Shown: positions 26,199-36,177, counted from the stretch's first letter. The stretch: 64,000 nucleotides of DNA from Polyangiales bacterium (GCA_038231275.1 JBBRLQ010000005.1:323645-387644); one strand, 5' to 3'. Notes: generated from the letters alone by a model not told the origin. Numbers and translations: made by a program.

Positions 26199-27341
26199 TC
26201 AGAACAGCGGGATGCCGAGGAGCGCTTTGCCGACGAACTCGCGGAGGACGTCGCCGGTCGGGGCCATTACGGCGCACGCGTGCGCGTCGCGGAAGAGGCG
26301 CTCGATGCCGAGGTGCTTCGAGAACGCGGCGCCGCCGCACACCTGCATGGCGTCGGACGTCACCTTGATGGCGGTGTCGCCGGCGGCGGCCTTCGACTCG
26401 AGGACGCGCAGGACGGTGAGGTCGCCGGGCTGCTCCAGGTGCTTAAGGAGATCGTCGAGGCGCGCGCCGAGGCCGTCGGTGTCGATCTGCATCTGCGCGA
26501 GGCGCGCGCGCAGCGTCGGCAGCGCTTCACCCAGCGACACGCCGAGGTGCTCGAAGCGGGCGGACTTCAGGTGCCCGACCGCCGCGCCGACGACGCCGCG
26601 GCAAATGCCCAGCGAGACCGCCGTCTGCCCCGCGTTGAAGAGCGGCAGGACGACCTCGAGCATCACCTTGAAGCCGGCGCCCTCGTCGGAGACGCGGTCC
26701 TCGTCCTTGACGTCGCACGCCTCGAGCGCCATCGGCGTCGACGCGTTCGCGCGCATGCCCATGCCGTTCCAGCCGCCGGCCGTCGTGAGACCGGTCGCGC
26801 CGCCGCGCACCATGTAGAGAGTGGTATCGGTCGGGCCTTTTCCGTCGGCCGACAGCGTCGACACGATGTAGCTCTGCGCGAAGCCCGCGCTCGTCACCCA
26901 GGATTTTTTCGCGTTCAAGCGGACGCCGGCCGGCGTCTTCTGGGCCTTGGAGATGGGCGCCCAGAAGTGGCTCCGCGAGCCGGCCTCGCTGAAGGCGAGC
27001 GTCGACAGGTGCTTTCCCTGCGCGATTTCTTTCAAGGTGGCGTCGGCGCGTGGAGACTTCGACGCCGCGATGCACGCGACGCCGGCCTGGTGCATGAGAA
27101 ACACCATGGCGGCCGACGGATCGACCTCCGCGAACGCTGCGATCGCCTCGCACACGGCGCGCGGTCCGAGCCCGGCGCCGCCCTTGTCCTTCGGAACGAG
27201 GAGCCCGAGGAGCCCCGCTTCGCCGAACGCCGCGACCGCCTCGGTCGAAAATCGCGCGTCCGCGTCGTTCTTCGACGCAGCGGGAGCGAGAACCTTCGTG
27301 GCGAGATCCTTGGCGAGAGCGGCAACGGTCGTCGAGTCCAT
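26199..27341 (-). CDS. Acyl-CoA dehydrogenase family protein (Rv1679/FadE16-like)
   Basis: LAFSEAGSRSHFW, KSWVTSAG, GMRAN, MQVCGG, ERLFRDA. Confidence 0.9.
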   Translation of the reverse strand: MDSTTVAALAKDLATKVLAPAASKNDADARFSTEAVAAFGEAGLLGLLVPKDKGGAGLGPRAVCEAIAAFAEVDPSAAMVFLMHQAGVACIAASKSPRADATLKEIAQGKHLSTLAFSEAGSRSHFWAPISKAQKTPAGVRLNAKKSWVTSAGFAQSYIVSTLSADGKGPTDTTLYMVRGGATGLTTAGGWNGMGMRANASTPMALEACDVKDEDRVSDEGAGFKVMLEVVLPLFNAGQTAVSLGICRGVVGAAVGHLKSARFEHLGVSLGEALPTLRARLAQMQIDTDGLGARLDDLLKHLEQPGDLTVLRVLESKAAAGDTAIKVTSDAMQVCGGAAFSKHLGIERLFRDAHACAVMAPTGDVLREFVGKALLGIPLF

Positions 27342-27409
27342 CAGCAGTACCTCCGGGCGCGGTCATACCTGCACCGCCGCCCGGAGAGAAGCCACAGCCT
27401 GGCGAAATG

Positions 27410-28870
27410 CTAGTTGGACGCGACCGTCTTCGGACGCGCGGGACCGGCGCCGCGCGGCCCGAAGTAGTTGTCCAGCACGAAATCGGCGACCTGATTGCCC
27501 ATGGTCACGCCCGAGTCTGCATCCTCTTGCCAGTGGACGCCGAGGTAGATGCGGCTGCGTGCGTTCTCCGCTTCCGCCTTCGTGAAGCTCGAGAACTTCC
27601 GCGGAAGGCGAGGCCGCGGCTTTCCGTCGTGGCCCGTGGTCGTCCCGTTGTATTCGTCCGAAACGAACGTGAACGACCCGTCGCCCACGAGGCGGCGGAG
27701 CACTTGGAAGAGCGCGCCGCCGAAGGTCGCGTGACCCGACGGATACGCGGGGAACGGCGGCGTGAAGTCCGGGGAGGTCGTGTTGCTCTCCATCGCGCCG
27801 AGCGCGGTCCAGTCCTCGTCCGGCGAGCCGGCCTTCGCGCCCGCGCGGATCGCGTTCGTCGGGCGCCAGAGGTTGTAGAAATACTTGCTGTCCCACGCCG
27901 CCATGCCGGCGTCGGCCATCGCCACGTTGACCGCCGCGAGGACGCGGCTCAGCTCGCTCGGCTTCGTGAGGAGTCCCCGATCCTTTGCGACCTGCATCGT
28001 GATCATGTTGTAGAGGCGCGGGGGCGTGCCGATTTGCGGCGCGCCGTCGTACCCAAAGTAGATGCCGATCCGGGTCTCGTCCTCGGTCCGAAGCGTCGGC
28101 GTCGAGACGCCATCGCCGCCGAAGTCCTTCGTGTCTTGAACCTGCGCCCGGAACGCCGCCGAGTCGAGGGCGAGCGGCGGCGCCGCGCGGAACTGGTTGG
28201 TCGCGTTGAGCGCGAACGGCTCGACGTTCATCCAGTACCCCCCGAGGGCCACGGGCGCCTTGGAGAGGACGTCCGGCGCCCACTGGCCGCGGCCGGTCGG
28301 GAGCTTCATGTCCGTGTACTTCGGCTCCGGCACGTCCGAGCCGTCCGTCTGGCGCAACGCGAGGATGTTCGCCGCAGCCAACGCGCCGCGGGCGATGCCT
28401 GCCTTCTTCGTCGACGCAGTGTTCGCCGACAAGTCATGCTTTAACGCGAGGTCGAAGTCCGCCTTCTGGGACGGAAAGAGCTGCGCGAGCGTGTCGTGGG
28501 CCGCCACCGCGATCGCGGCGCCCATGCTTGCGTGGCTGTCGTTCGGCATGGCGGTGTACGGCTCGTACACGCCGGCGATGGACTGCACGGCGTCGTAGAT
28601 CGCGATGTGGACGATGGCGAGCGCGCGCGAGGCGCGCGTCGGTCCCCCTTGCTCGCCTGTGACACGCTTCTCGCCCGGCGCGGGAGGCGTCGCGTCGCGC
28701 CAGACCGCGTCGAGGGCGATCTGGTTCCACGAGGTGAGCTCGACCGAAGCGGAGCTCGAAGAGAGCTCGTCGGTGCTCGTCGTCGAGTCACCTTCGGTGG
28801 GCGCGCTACCGCACGCGGTCATCGCAAACGCCGCCGAGACGGCAAGCGGAAAGGAAAAAGAGCGGATCAT
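27410..28870 (-). CDS. Vanadium-dependent haloperoxidase / PAP2 superfamily lipoprotein
   Basis: SKYFYNLWRP, PPFPAYPSGH and SRIYLGVHW vanadate/phosphate-binding motifs; lipobox MTAC. Confidence 0.88.
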   Translation of the reverse strand: MIRSFSFPLAVSAAFAMTACGSAPTEGDSTTSTDELSSSSASVELTSWNQIALDAVWRDATPPAPGEKRVTGEQGGPTRASRALAIVHIAIYDAVQSIAGVYEPYTAMPNDSHASMGAAIAVAAHDTLAQLFPSQKADFDLALKHDLSANTASTKKAGIARGALAAANILALRQTDGSDVPEPKYTDMKLPTGRGQWAPDVLSKAPVALGGYWMNVEPFALNATNQFRAAPPLALDSAAFRAQVQDTKDFGGDGVSTPTLRTEDETRIGIYFGYDGAPQIGTPPRLYNMITMQVAKDRGLLTKPSELSRVLAAVNVAMADAGMAAWDSKYFYNLWRPTNAIRAGAKAGSPDEDWTALGAMESNTTSPDFTPPFPAYPSGHATFGGALFQVLRRLVGDGSFTFVSDEYNGTTTGHDGKPRPRLPRKFSSFTKAEAENARSRIYLGVHWQEDADSGVTMGNQVADFVLDNYFGPRGAGPARPKTVASN

Positions 28871-29012
28871 GGAGACCTCTCGCGAAATCAAAGGGAGAAA
28901 GCGTCCGACGGGCCGTGATACGCGGTGCCCCGGAGAACCTTCCTTCCTCCGACCCAGCCGGTCGCGTCGCCTTCACTCGGGCGCGCGTCGCACCGTGGTA
29001 GAAGGCCCCGAC

Positions 29013-30493
29013 ATGAGGTCCTGGCCGCCTGCGCTCGCCCACGCGGTACGCGCCGCGTGGGCCTTGATCGCGCTATGGGGCCCGTGGGAGCAGGTGCGGC
29101 AGTGCGTGGGGATGCTGCGCGCGCGCCTCGCCTTCCCGATGGATCTCGAGTGGATGGAGGGGGCGCAACTCTATCACGCGTAGCGCATCCTCCACGGCTT
29201 GCCGCTCTACGGAGATCCGGCGCGCGGGTTCGCCACGTTCCCGTATCCGCCGCTCTACTGGGCGATCCTCGCCGGCGCGGGCGCGACGTTCGGGCTCGAC
29301 TACGCCGTCGCGCGGGCCGTGTCGCTCGCGTGCATGGGACGAGCCGCGCTTCTTCTTTGTCACGCGATCGTCAGGCACGCACCGTCCCGTGCGACGGGAA
29401 TCGCGCTCTCGGCGGCCGCGCTGGGGATGATCGCGGCGGCGTAACCGCTGACGGGGACGGCGTTCGATCTCGCGCGCTCGGACGCGATGGCGCTCTTTTT
29501 CCCTGTCCTCGCGGCGACGCTCGCGCGCGACGGGCGCGGCTCGGCGGCCCTCGCCTCCTCGCGGTCGCGACGGCGCTGACGTGTGCAATCGACACTAAAC
29601 AAACGAACATCTTCTACGTCCTGTGGCTCCTCGCGTTCGTCGCGATGCGTGATCGGAGGGTCGGGCTTCGCCTCGCCGTCGCGACCTTGGTGCCGTGCGG
29701 CGCGCTGTTGGCGGTGCTGACCGCGCGAACCGGCGGGTGGTTCTGGACGTGGCTCTTCGATCAGTCGCAGCACGGCTTCCGGCCGTTCACAGAGTGGGTG
29801 ACGGCCCTCCCCGAGCTCGTCCGGCACGATCCGATGCTCCTCGGCCTGCCTTGGATGGCCATGCTGCTGCATCGCCGCGGTCGCCTCGGCGCCGACTCGG
29901 TGAAATGGATCGGCATGCTCGCGGCGGCGTTCGCGGCGGCGTTCGCGGCGGCGATGCTGCCGTACGCCAAGATCGGCGGCTGGCTCAACGTTCTTCTCCC
30001 AGTCTTCGTCCTGTCGTGGCCGGTCGCGTTCGTGCTCCTCGGCGATCTTGCTCGCGCGCGCGACACGCTCCGCGGCGCGCCTGCGTTCGGCCTCGCGGTC
30101 GCCGCGATCGCGTCCCTGCAACTGAAATACGATCCGGCGCCGCACGTGCCGAACCCGGCCCGGGAAGAAGGGGCGCGAAAGGTCCACGCGCTCGTCCGCG
30201 ATTTGCCCGGAAAGGTCGTCTTCACGACGAGCCCGTTCGTCGGCGTCCTCGAGGGCAAGACGAACCCGCAGCCCGCCTACCAGGGCTACATCGACGCCGA
30301 GCTCGCCGGCATCTCGCTCGACTATGCGGACGCGCTCGACGCGTCGGGCGCCGATTGGCTCGTCGTCATCGCGCAGCCCGGCCCCCACGACTACCGCGCC
30401 AAGCTCGCCGCGAAATTCGAGCGCGTCCGCGACGTGGACTTTTGGTTCGAGCCGCTCCCGTGGGCGCCCGCGTCGGTGTGGAAGCGACGCTGA
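29013..30493 (+). pseudogene. Disrupted GT-C (ArnT/PMT-like) integral membrane glycosyltransferase
   Basis: DLEWMEG, YPPLY, DLARSD and KQT motifs are split by in-frame TAG (29181) and TAA (29442) and a frameshift near 29535-29560. Confidence 0.75.
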
Positions 30494-30508
30494 CGCGGGC
30501 TCGATTCT

Positions 30509-30982
30509 TCAGGGGCCGTGAATCGGTGACGTGACGCCGCCCGCGCGATGGCACGAGTTGCAGTTGCCGTCCGGCGCGTCCGCCCGCATCGCGATGGACC
30601 CGCCGTCGGGGCCGTAGGCGACGGCCCTGAGCGGCGACGTCAACGCAAAATGGGCGAAGAAATTCGCGAACACGTTCGGCGCCATCGTCCGCGTCTCGCC
30701 GCGCGCGTCGGTGACGACGATCTTCGCGACCGGCGCAGCTCCCACATCGACCGACCCGCCGATGCTGAACTCGTCGGAGTGGCAGCAGAGGCACGTCGAT
30801 CCATGGCGCTCTTGATCGGGATCGGCCGTCGTGCAGCCGGCGTCCACGGCCGGAGCCGGAGGCGGAGTCGGGGTCGGGGTCGGAGTCGGGGTCGGAGTCG
30901 GCGTCGGCGTCGGCGTTGGGGTCGGAGTCGGCGCGGCGCCGTTGCTGCACGCCGCGGCGAGGAGCAGGCACCCCATTCGCAT
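30509..30982 (-). CDS. Small putative di-heme cytochrome c lipoprotein
   Basis: Lipobox LAAAC, (PT)n linker, two CxxCH motifs (CLCCH, CNSCH). Confidence 0.72.
   Translation of the reverse strand: MRMGCLLLAAACSNGAAPTPTPTPTPTPTPTPTPTPTPTPPPAPAVDAGCTTADPDQERHGSTCLCCHSDEFSIGGSVDVGAAPVAKIVVTDARGETRTMAPNVFANFFAHFALTSPLRAVAYGPDGGSIAMRADAPDGNCNSCHRAGGVTSPIHGP
30865..30931. repeat. Hexamer tandem repeat encoding a (PT)n linker
   Basis: (GGAGTC/GGGGTC/GGCGTC)n visible. Confidence 0.9.
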
Positions 30983-31019
30983 CGCCGCCGGCGCGTCCAT
31001 CTTTGCTAGCATAGCCGTC

Positions 31020-31844
31020 ATGAGGCATGTGCGGTGGCTCCTCGCGGGCGCGTTCTCGGCGTTGCCGGTCGTAGGCTTCGCGTGCAACGGCGGAGAGGTC
31101 GCGCGTCCCCTCGGGCCGCCGGTGCCTGGGTCGCCCGACGCTGGCGGGGCCGGTGACGCCGAAGACGCGGCGGTGGACGTGCCGTGCACCCAGATCCCGA
31201 TGCCCGACGGCGCTCCGATCACCGTGACCGGGACGGTCGTCGAGCTGGCGTCCGATGGCGGCGTCGCCAAGACGATCGCCGACGCCATGGTCGCCGCCGA
31301 GTACGGAGGCCTCTACGTCCCCTGGTGCGATCTCGCGCACGCAAGCCCCTATTACATTTACGGCGCGACCACCGACGCGAAGGGAAAGTTCTCGATCGAC
31401 GTGCGCGAAGGGTTTCTCGGCTTCCACTCGTTCGCCACGGGCTACCTCTACACGCGCGCGCCGCTCCACACCGGCGACGGCGGCACCGTCACGCTGCAAA
31501 TGGAGCAGATCAAGGCGGGGCAGCAGAAGCCAGTGGTGAGCGGTGCCGCGTTCGACAAGACGACGGTCGCCCCCGGCGAAGCGCTCACGTTCACTGCGAC
31601 GGTGAAGGCCGCGGTGTCGACCGATCCCCTCTCCGACGAGCTCATGCTCGTCGAGCCGTCGCGCTCGTGGGCGACCGAGCTCGACGCGCCGAGCGTGGGC
31701 ATCAAGGACGACTTCCCCGACGGCCTCTGGACGAAGACATTCGCCGCGCCGATGACGAAGGGAACCTACACGTATTATTTTTCGGCCACGACCTCGCAGT
31801 GCCTGACGAGCGATGTCCAGCCATTCAAGATCACGGTGCAATGA
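31020..31844 (+). CDS. Hypothetical lipoprotein with carboxypeptidase-regulatory-like and Ig-like beta domains
   Basis: Lipobox VGFAC; ITVTGTVVE...ATTDAKGKFSI; ATGA overlap with the next gene. Confidence 0.7.
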   Translation: MRHVRWLLAGAFSALPVVGFACNGGEVARPLGPPVPGSPDAGGAGDAEDAAVDVPCTQIPMPDGAPITVTGTVVELASDGGVAKTIADAMVAAEYGGLYVPWCDLAHASPYYIYGATTDAKGKFSIDVREGFLGFHSFATGYLYTRAPLHTGDGGTVTLQMEQIKAGQQKPVVSGAAFDKTTVAPGEALTFTATVKAAVSTDPLSDELMLVEPSRSWATELDAPSVGIKDDFPDGLWTKTFAAPMTKGTYTYYFSATTSQCLTSDVQPFKITVQ

Positions 31845-32527
31845 CGGTGGGCGACGCACGCGAGGGGAAGGTCACGATCGGCGTGATGGCGCGCGCGCCA
31901 GTGCTCGGTCGCTGCAAGACCCGGCTCGCGGCGACGCTCGGCGACGAGGCCGCGACGCGTCTTTATGAGGCGATGCTCGGCGATTCGCTCGATCTCTTCG
32001 CGCGCGTCGGCGCGACGCGCCTCGTGATCATGACGGCGCCTGAAGACGACGGGGTGGCGATCATGACGCAGCTCGCGCCTCCGGGTTGGGAGGTCGTGGC
32101 GCAAGAGGGAGCCGCGCTCGGCGAGCGCCTCGCCCACGCGTTTCGCACGCTCGGTAGAGAGGGAGACGCCGTGCTCCTCGTCGACAGCGACTCGCCGACG
32201 GTTCGCCCCGAGCCGATCGCAGAAGCCGTGCTGCGCTTTCACGGACCGCGTAGGGCCTTGATGGGGCCGTGCGACGACGGCGGCTATTACCTGATCGGCC
32301 TCACGTCGCTGGAGCTCGGCATCCTCGACGGCATCGCGTGGAGCACGCCGCAGGTCGCCGCGCAGACGCGCGCGCGATGCAAGGTCCTCGGTCTCGCGCT
32401 GGAGGAGCTGCCGGGCGCGTTCGACGTCGATCGCGCCACGGATCTCGCGCGCCTCCGCGACGAGCTGACGGCGCATCCGTCGCGCGCGCCACGGACCGCG
32501 CGGGCGCTCGGGCTCGAGGGCGCGTGA
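31841..32527 (+). CDS. DUF2064/TIGR04282-like glycosyltransferase (CofC-like fold)
   Basis: MARAPVLGRCKTRLA, QEGAALGERL, DSDSP, GPCDDGGYYLIG, WST, DVD. Confidence 0.88.
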   Translation: MTVGDAREGKVTIGVMARAPVLGRCKTRLAATLGDEAATRLYEAMLGDSLDLFARVGATRLVIMTAPEDDGVAIMTQLAPPGWEVVAQEGAALGERLAHAFRTLGREGDAVLLVDSDSPTVRPEPIAEAVLRFHGPRRALMGPCDDGGYYLIGLTSLELGILDGIAWSTPQVAAQTRARCKVLGLALEELPGAFDVDRATDLARLRDELTAHPSRAPRTARALGLEGA

Positions 32528-33222
32528 TCGTCGCCGTCATTCCCGCGCTCGACGAAGAGGGAAGCATCGGCGAGGTCGTCACCGGCATCGGACGCCACGT
32601 CGCGCGCGTCGTCGTCGTCGACAACGGGAGCCGCGACCGGACGCCGGAGGTCGCGCGCGCGGCCGGCGCCGAGGTGGTCCGCGAGCCGCGCCGCGGGTAC
32701 GGATCCGCGTGCCTCGCCGGCGTCGCGAGGGCGCGCGCGCTCGGCGCCACCGTCGTGGTCTTCATGGACGCCGACGGGAGCGACGATCCCGACGACGCCC
32801 CGCGCCTGCTCGGGCCACTCGCCGTTGACGAAGCGGATCTCGTGCTGGGCATGCGCACCCGCGCGTCGACCGAGCGCGGAGCGATGCGTCCGGTTCAAGC
32901 GTTCGGCAACTGGCTCGCGCCGCTCCTCATGCGGCTCGCGGTCGGCGCGCGCTACCACGATATGCCTCCCTTCAAGGCCGTCCGGATGGCGACGCTCGAC
33001 GCCCTCGATCTTCGTGACGCCGGCATGGGCTACATCATCGAGATGCTCCTCGCCGCACACGCGCGAGGCGTTCGCGTCGTCGAGGTCGAGGTGAGGTGCC
33101 GCGCGCGCCGCGCCGGAGTGTCGAAGATCTCCGGCACGCTCGTCGGCACCCTCCGCGCGAGCGTGAAGATCACGACGTCGATCGCCTGGCACGCGGTCGC
33201 GCAGCGCTTCCGGAGGTCGTAA
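32524..33222 (+). CDS. Glycosyltransferase family 2 (polyprenol-phosphate sugar synthase-like)
   Basis: VIPALDEE, VVDNGSRD, RGYGSAC, FMDADGSD, SKISGT. Confidence 0.9.
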   Translation: MIVAVIPALDEEGSIGEVVTGIGRHVARVVVVDNGSRDRTPEVARAAGAEVVREPRRGYGSACLAGVARARALGATVVVFMDADGSDDPDDAPRLLGPLAVDEADLVLGMRTRASTERGAMRPVQAFGNWLAPLLMRLAVGARYHDMPPFKAVRMATLDALDLRDAGMGYIIEMLLAAHARGVRVVEVEVRCRARRAGVSKISGTLVGTLRASVKITTSIAWHAVAQRFRRS

Positions 33223-33246
33223 TCGCCGCGGGTTCGTCGCTCCGCG

Positions 33247-34472
33247 CTACGGAGGGATCATCTCCAGGACGACGTGGCACATCTCGTTCTCGGTCGTCAG
33301 GCCGAGCGTCATGTCGTAAGGCACGCGGTGACGCTGGCGGAGGACCTCCGCGAGCCGCGCATTTCCCAGCGTATCGTCATATGTGCATGTTACACGTATG
33401 CGATCTCCCGGCGCGATCACAGGGAGCGCGGCGAGCGGAGCGTCGAACGCGTAGATGCGCTGCCAGTGAAAGTCCCACGCGTCGTGGAGGAGGCACCCAT
33501 CCCCGCCGCTCGCCTTCTCGACGTGGACCTCGACGCCGACGCCCGCGACGTGCTGATGCGCGAGGACGCCATAGACCTTGCCGAGCAGCGCGCTCGAGGC
33601 CGCGGGGACCGTGTAGCGCATCGTCTCGGTGTGCCCCGACACGCCGGCGGGGATGAGGACCGCCGGCCCGTCGGCCGGATCGTCGGGCCCCGGCTGGAGG
33701 CCGTCGCCGTCGGGGAGCATCGATGCGTAGTTCCCGACCGCCGGAAATGCGAGGCCGTGCGCAGGCGGCGCGTCGTGGAAGGCTAGGTGAACGCGCGTGC
33801 GTTCGACGATCCCGTCGAGGGCAGCCGCGTGTCGCGCTCGTCCGCTGCGGATCGGCGAGCAGCGTCGCGTGGTATACGACGCGCGCGTCGCCAGGGATCA
33901 CCTCGCTCGCCCGGATCCATCGATCGACGGACAGCGCGGGATCGAACACGAAGCAGCGCAACGCGTCGGCGTCGCTCGGCGCCGCGAACGGCTCGGTCTC
34001 GAGCGCGAGGTCGACCCGATCGAGGCCGCTCGGCGGCTCCTCGCGCGGCGGCCTCATCGGGAAAGGCGAGCCCTCCTTCGCGCCCGCCTGCGCCCACGCC
34101 TGGAGGACGGCGATCTCCAGATCGTCGAGGCGCGCGGAGTCGCGGTAGCGGAGGATCGGCGCGCACGTGTCCGTCGTCATCGCGCGCCACGGCGGCATCG
34201 TTCGCGACGCGACGGCGCGCGCAATGTCGTTCGCGCGGGCGTGCGCGTTGGCGAACGACACCAGCGAGAACGGCGCGAGCTTCCCCGGCGCGTGGCACGA
34301 CTGGCAGCGCGCCTCCAGGATCGGCGCGACGTCGGCGTGGAACATCGGTCCCGGTTCAGTCGCCGGCGCAGAAGCGCTGCATCCGGTCGACGTCGCCGCC
34401 GCCGCGAGCGCGATGCCGGCGGCGAGCTCGCAGGCGATGACGGAGCGCCGCAGATGGCTTCCGGGCTACCAT
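33247..34472 (-). pseudogene. Disrupted CxxCH + copper type II (PHM/DBH-like) monooxygenase protein
   Basis: 5' part has CQSCH, MPPW and RCFV. 3' part, in another frame, has HQH, WDFHWQ and ENEMC. The frame break near 33830 looks like an internal deletion, and the likely ATG (34472) is also out of frame. Confidence 0.7.
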
Positions 34473-34580
34473 GGGGCAGGCGTGTGTCCGGCGGGTGTGT
34501 CTCCTCGCCCACGCGCGCCGCACGGCGACCCTGGATTTCTCGGTGAAATGGCTTGGTCGAGAGCTTGCTCAAGGGAGGGC

Positions 34581-35408
34581 ATGCGCCGCTTCCCGCTCGT
34601 CCTCGCCGCCCTCGTCCTCGGTTTCGCCGCCACTGGATGCACCCGCGCCGAATCGCCCGCCGACGCCGTCGTCCGCCTCTCCGATGGCCCGGCCCCCGCC
34701 ATTGCTCTCGCCGCCACCGCCTCCGCCGCCTCCGCCGCCTTCCATGCGCCGCCGTCCCGCGCGTGGGTCGAAGCCATCCATCACGAGACGCACGACACGG
34801 CGGACGTCGAGGTCTCGTACTACCGCGTCCACCTCCCGAGCGCGGTCGCCGGCGAGGCGATCTCCACGCACCTCCACGACTGGGCGATGGCCAACGTCGC
34901 CTCCATCACCCGCGACGCCGAAGACGCGGCGTCCGAGGACGACGTCGCCACGCCGGAGCGCCCGCGCTTCTCGCTGCGCATCACGTGCGAGCCCCATGTC
35001 GTCGCCGAGTCGCTGGTGAGCGTTCGCTGCTTCGTCGCCTCGTACTTGGGCGGCGCGCACGAGTCGCTCGTTGCCGAGGCGTTCAACTTCGCGATAGACG
35101 GCGACACCGCGCGCCCGATCGGCATCGACGATCTGTTCTTGGATCCGAAGGTCGGCCGCGCCGCGCTGGGTGACGCGTGCCTCACGGAGCTCCGCGCGCA
35201 GGAGGCCCTCTGGGTCACCGCGGGCAACGTCACCGATTTGCACGAGATGGTCGACACGTTTCACCTCGAGCCGGGCAAGCTCGTCGTCACGTTCGCGCCC
35301 TACGAAGTCGGCCCTTTCGCCGAAGGCGAGCACGTCGTCGAGGTCCCTTTGACGTCGCTCCGCGGCCTCCGTCCGGTGTGGGCGCGCCGCCTCGCGCAGC
35401 TCCCCTGA
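34581..35408 (+). CDS. DUF3298/RsiV-PdaC-like lipoprotein
   Basis: Lipobox ATGC; YLGGAH; FAPYEVGPFAEG. Confidence 0.82.
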   Translation: MRRFPLVLAALVLGFAATGCTRAESPADAVVRLSDGPAPAIALAATASAASAAFHAPPSRAWVEAIHHETHDTADVEVSYYRVHLPSAVAGEAISTHLHDWAMANVASITRDAEDAASEDDVATPERPRFSLRITCEPHVVAESLVSVRCFVASYLGGAHESLVAEAFNFAIDGDTARPIGIDDLFLDPKVGRAALGDACLTELRAQEALWVTAGNVTDLHEMVDTFHLEPGKLVVTFAPYEVGPFAEGEHVVEVPLTSLRGLRPVWARRLAQLP

Positions 35409-35440
35409 CAGAGGCGCCGAACCGTGTTACGCCACCGCCC

Positions 35441-36046
35441 GTGACCGCAGAAATCCAGTCCAACACGTTCGTCACGCTCGACTACACCCTCAAGGACGAC
35501 GCAGGGGGCACCCTCGACGAGAGCGAGAGCGAAGGCGGCGAGCCCATCAAGTACGTCCACGGCTACGGGATGCTCGTCCCGGGCCTCGAGGCCGGCCTCC
35601 TCGGTCTGAAGCCGGGCGACAAGAAGGACATCGTCGTCCCCGCCGACGCCGGCTTCGGCGAGCGCGACGAGGAGCTGATCCTCGAGATCGATCGCAGCGA
35701 GTTCCCCGATCCCGAGAAGATCACGCCGGGCGACGAGTTCGTCGCCGAGTCGCCGGACGGGGACGAGGTCGTCATGCGCGTCGTCGAGATCCGCAAAGAC
35801 GCGGTCGTCGTCGACGCCAACCACCCGCTCGCCGGCGAGACGCTCCACTACTCCGTCATCGTCCGCGAGGTGCGCGACGCCACGGACGAGGAAATCGAGA
35901 CCGCGGCCGCCGCCTTCGAGGAGGCGCACGACCACGTTCACGGGGAAAACTGCGACCACGACCACCCGCACCCGGCCCCGCCGGGCGGCCAGGGCGACGG
36001 CCAGGTGGTTCAGCTCGGCAAAAAGAAGAAAGATCTCGAGAATTAA
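35441..36046 (+). CDS. slyD: FKBP-type peptidyl-prolyl isomerase SlyD
   Basis: VTLDYTL, LVPGLE, VDANHPLAG; His/Cys-rich tail HDHVHGENCDHDH. Confidence 0.92.
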   Translation: MTAEIQSNTFVTLDYTLKDDAGGTLDESESEGGEPIKYVHGYGMLVPGLEAGLLGLKPGDKKDIVVPADAGFGERDEELILEIDRSEFPDPEKITPGDEFVAESPDGDEVVMRVVEIRKDAVVVDANHPLAGETLHYSVIVREVRDATDEEIETAAAAFEEAHDHVHGENCDHDHPHPAPPGGQGDGQVVQLGKKKKDLEN

Positions 36047-36177
36047 CGGCTCTTTCGCCCGAGCGTCGGTTTCCCGCGCACGGGCGCGCCGTTGATGGCA
36101 TATTCCGCGCCCCTTCCGGGTTGCGCCTCTCGAGGCGGGCCTAATGCAACCTAGGGGACACACAACTAGAGGACACG

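Noticed and set aside
29181..29183. Pyrrolysine or readthrough recoding of TAG in the GT-C gene
   Set aside because: The same gene also has TAA and a frameshift, so decay is the simpler explanation.
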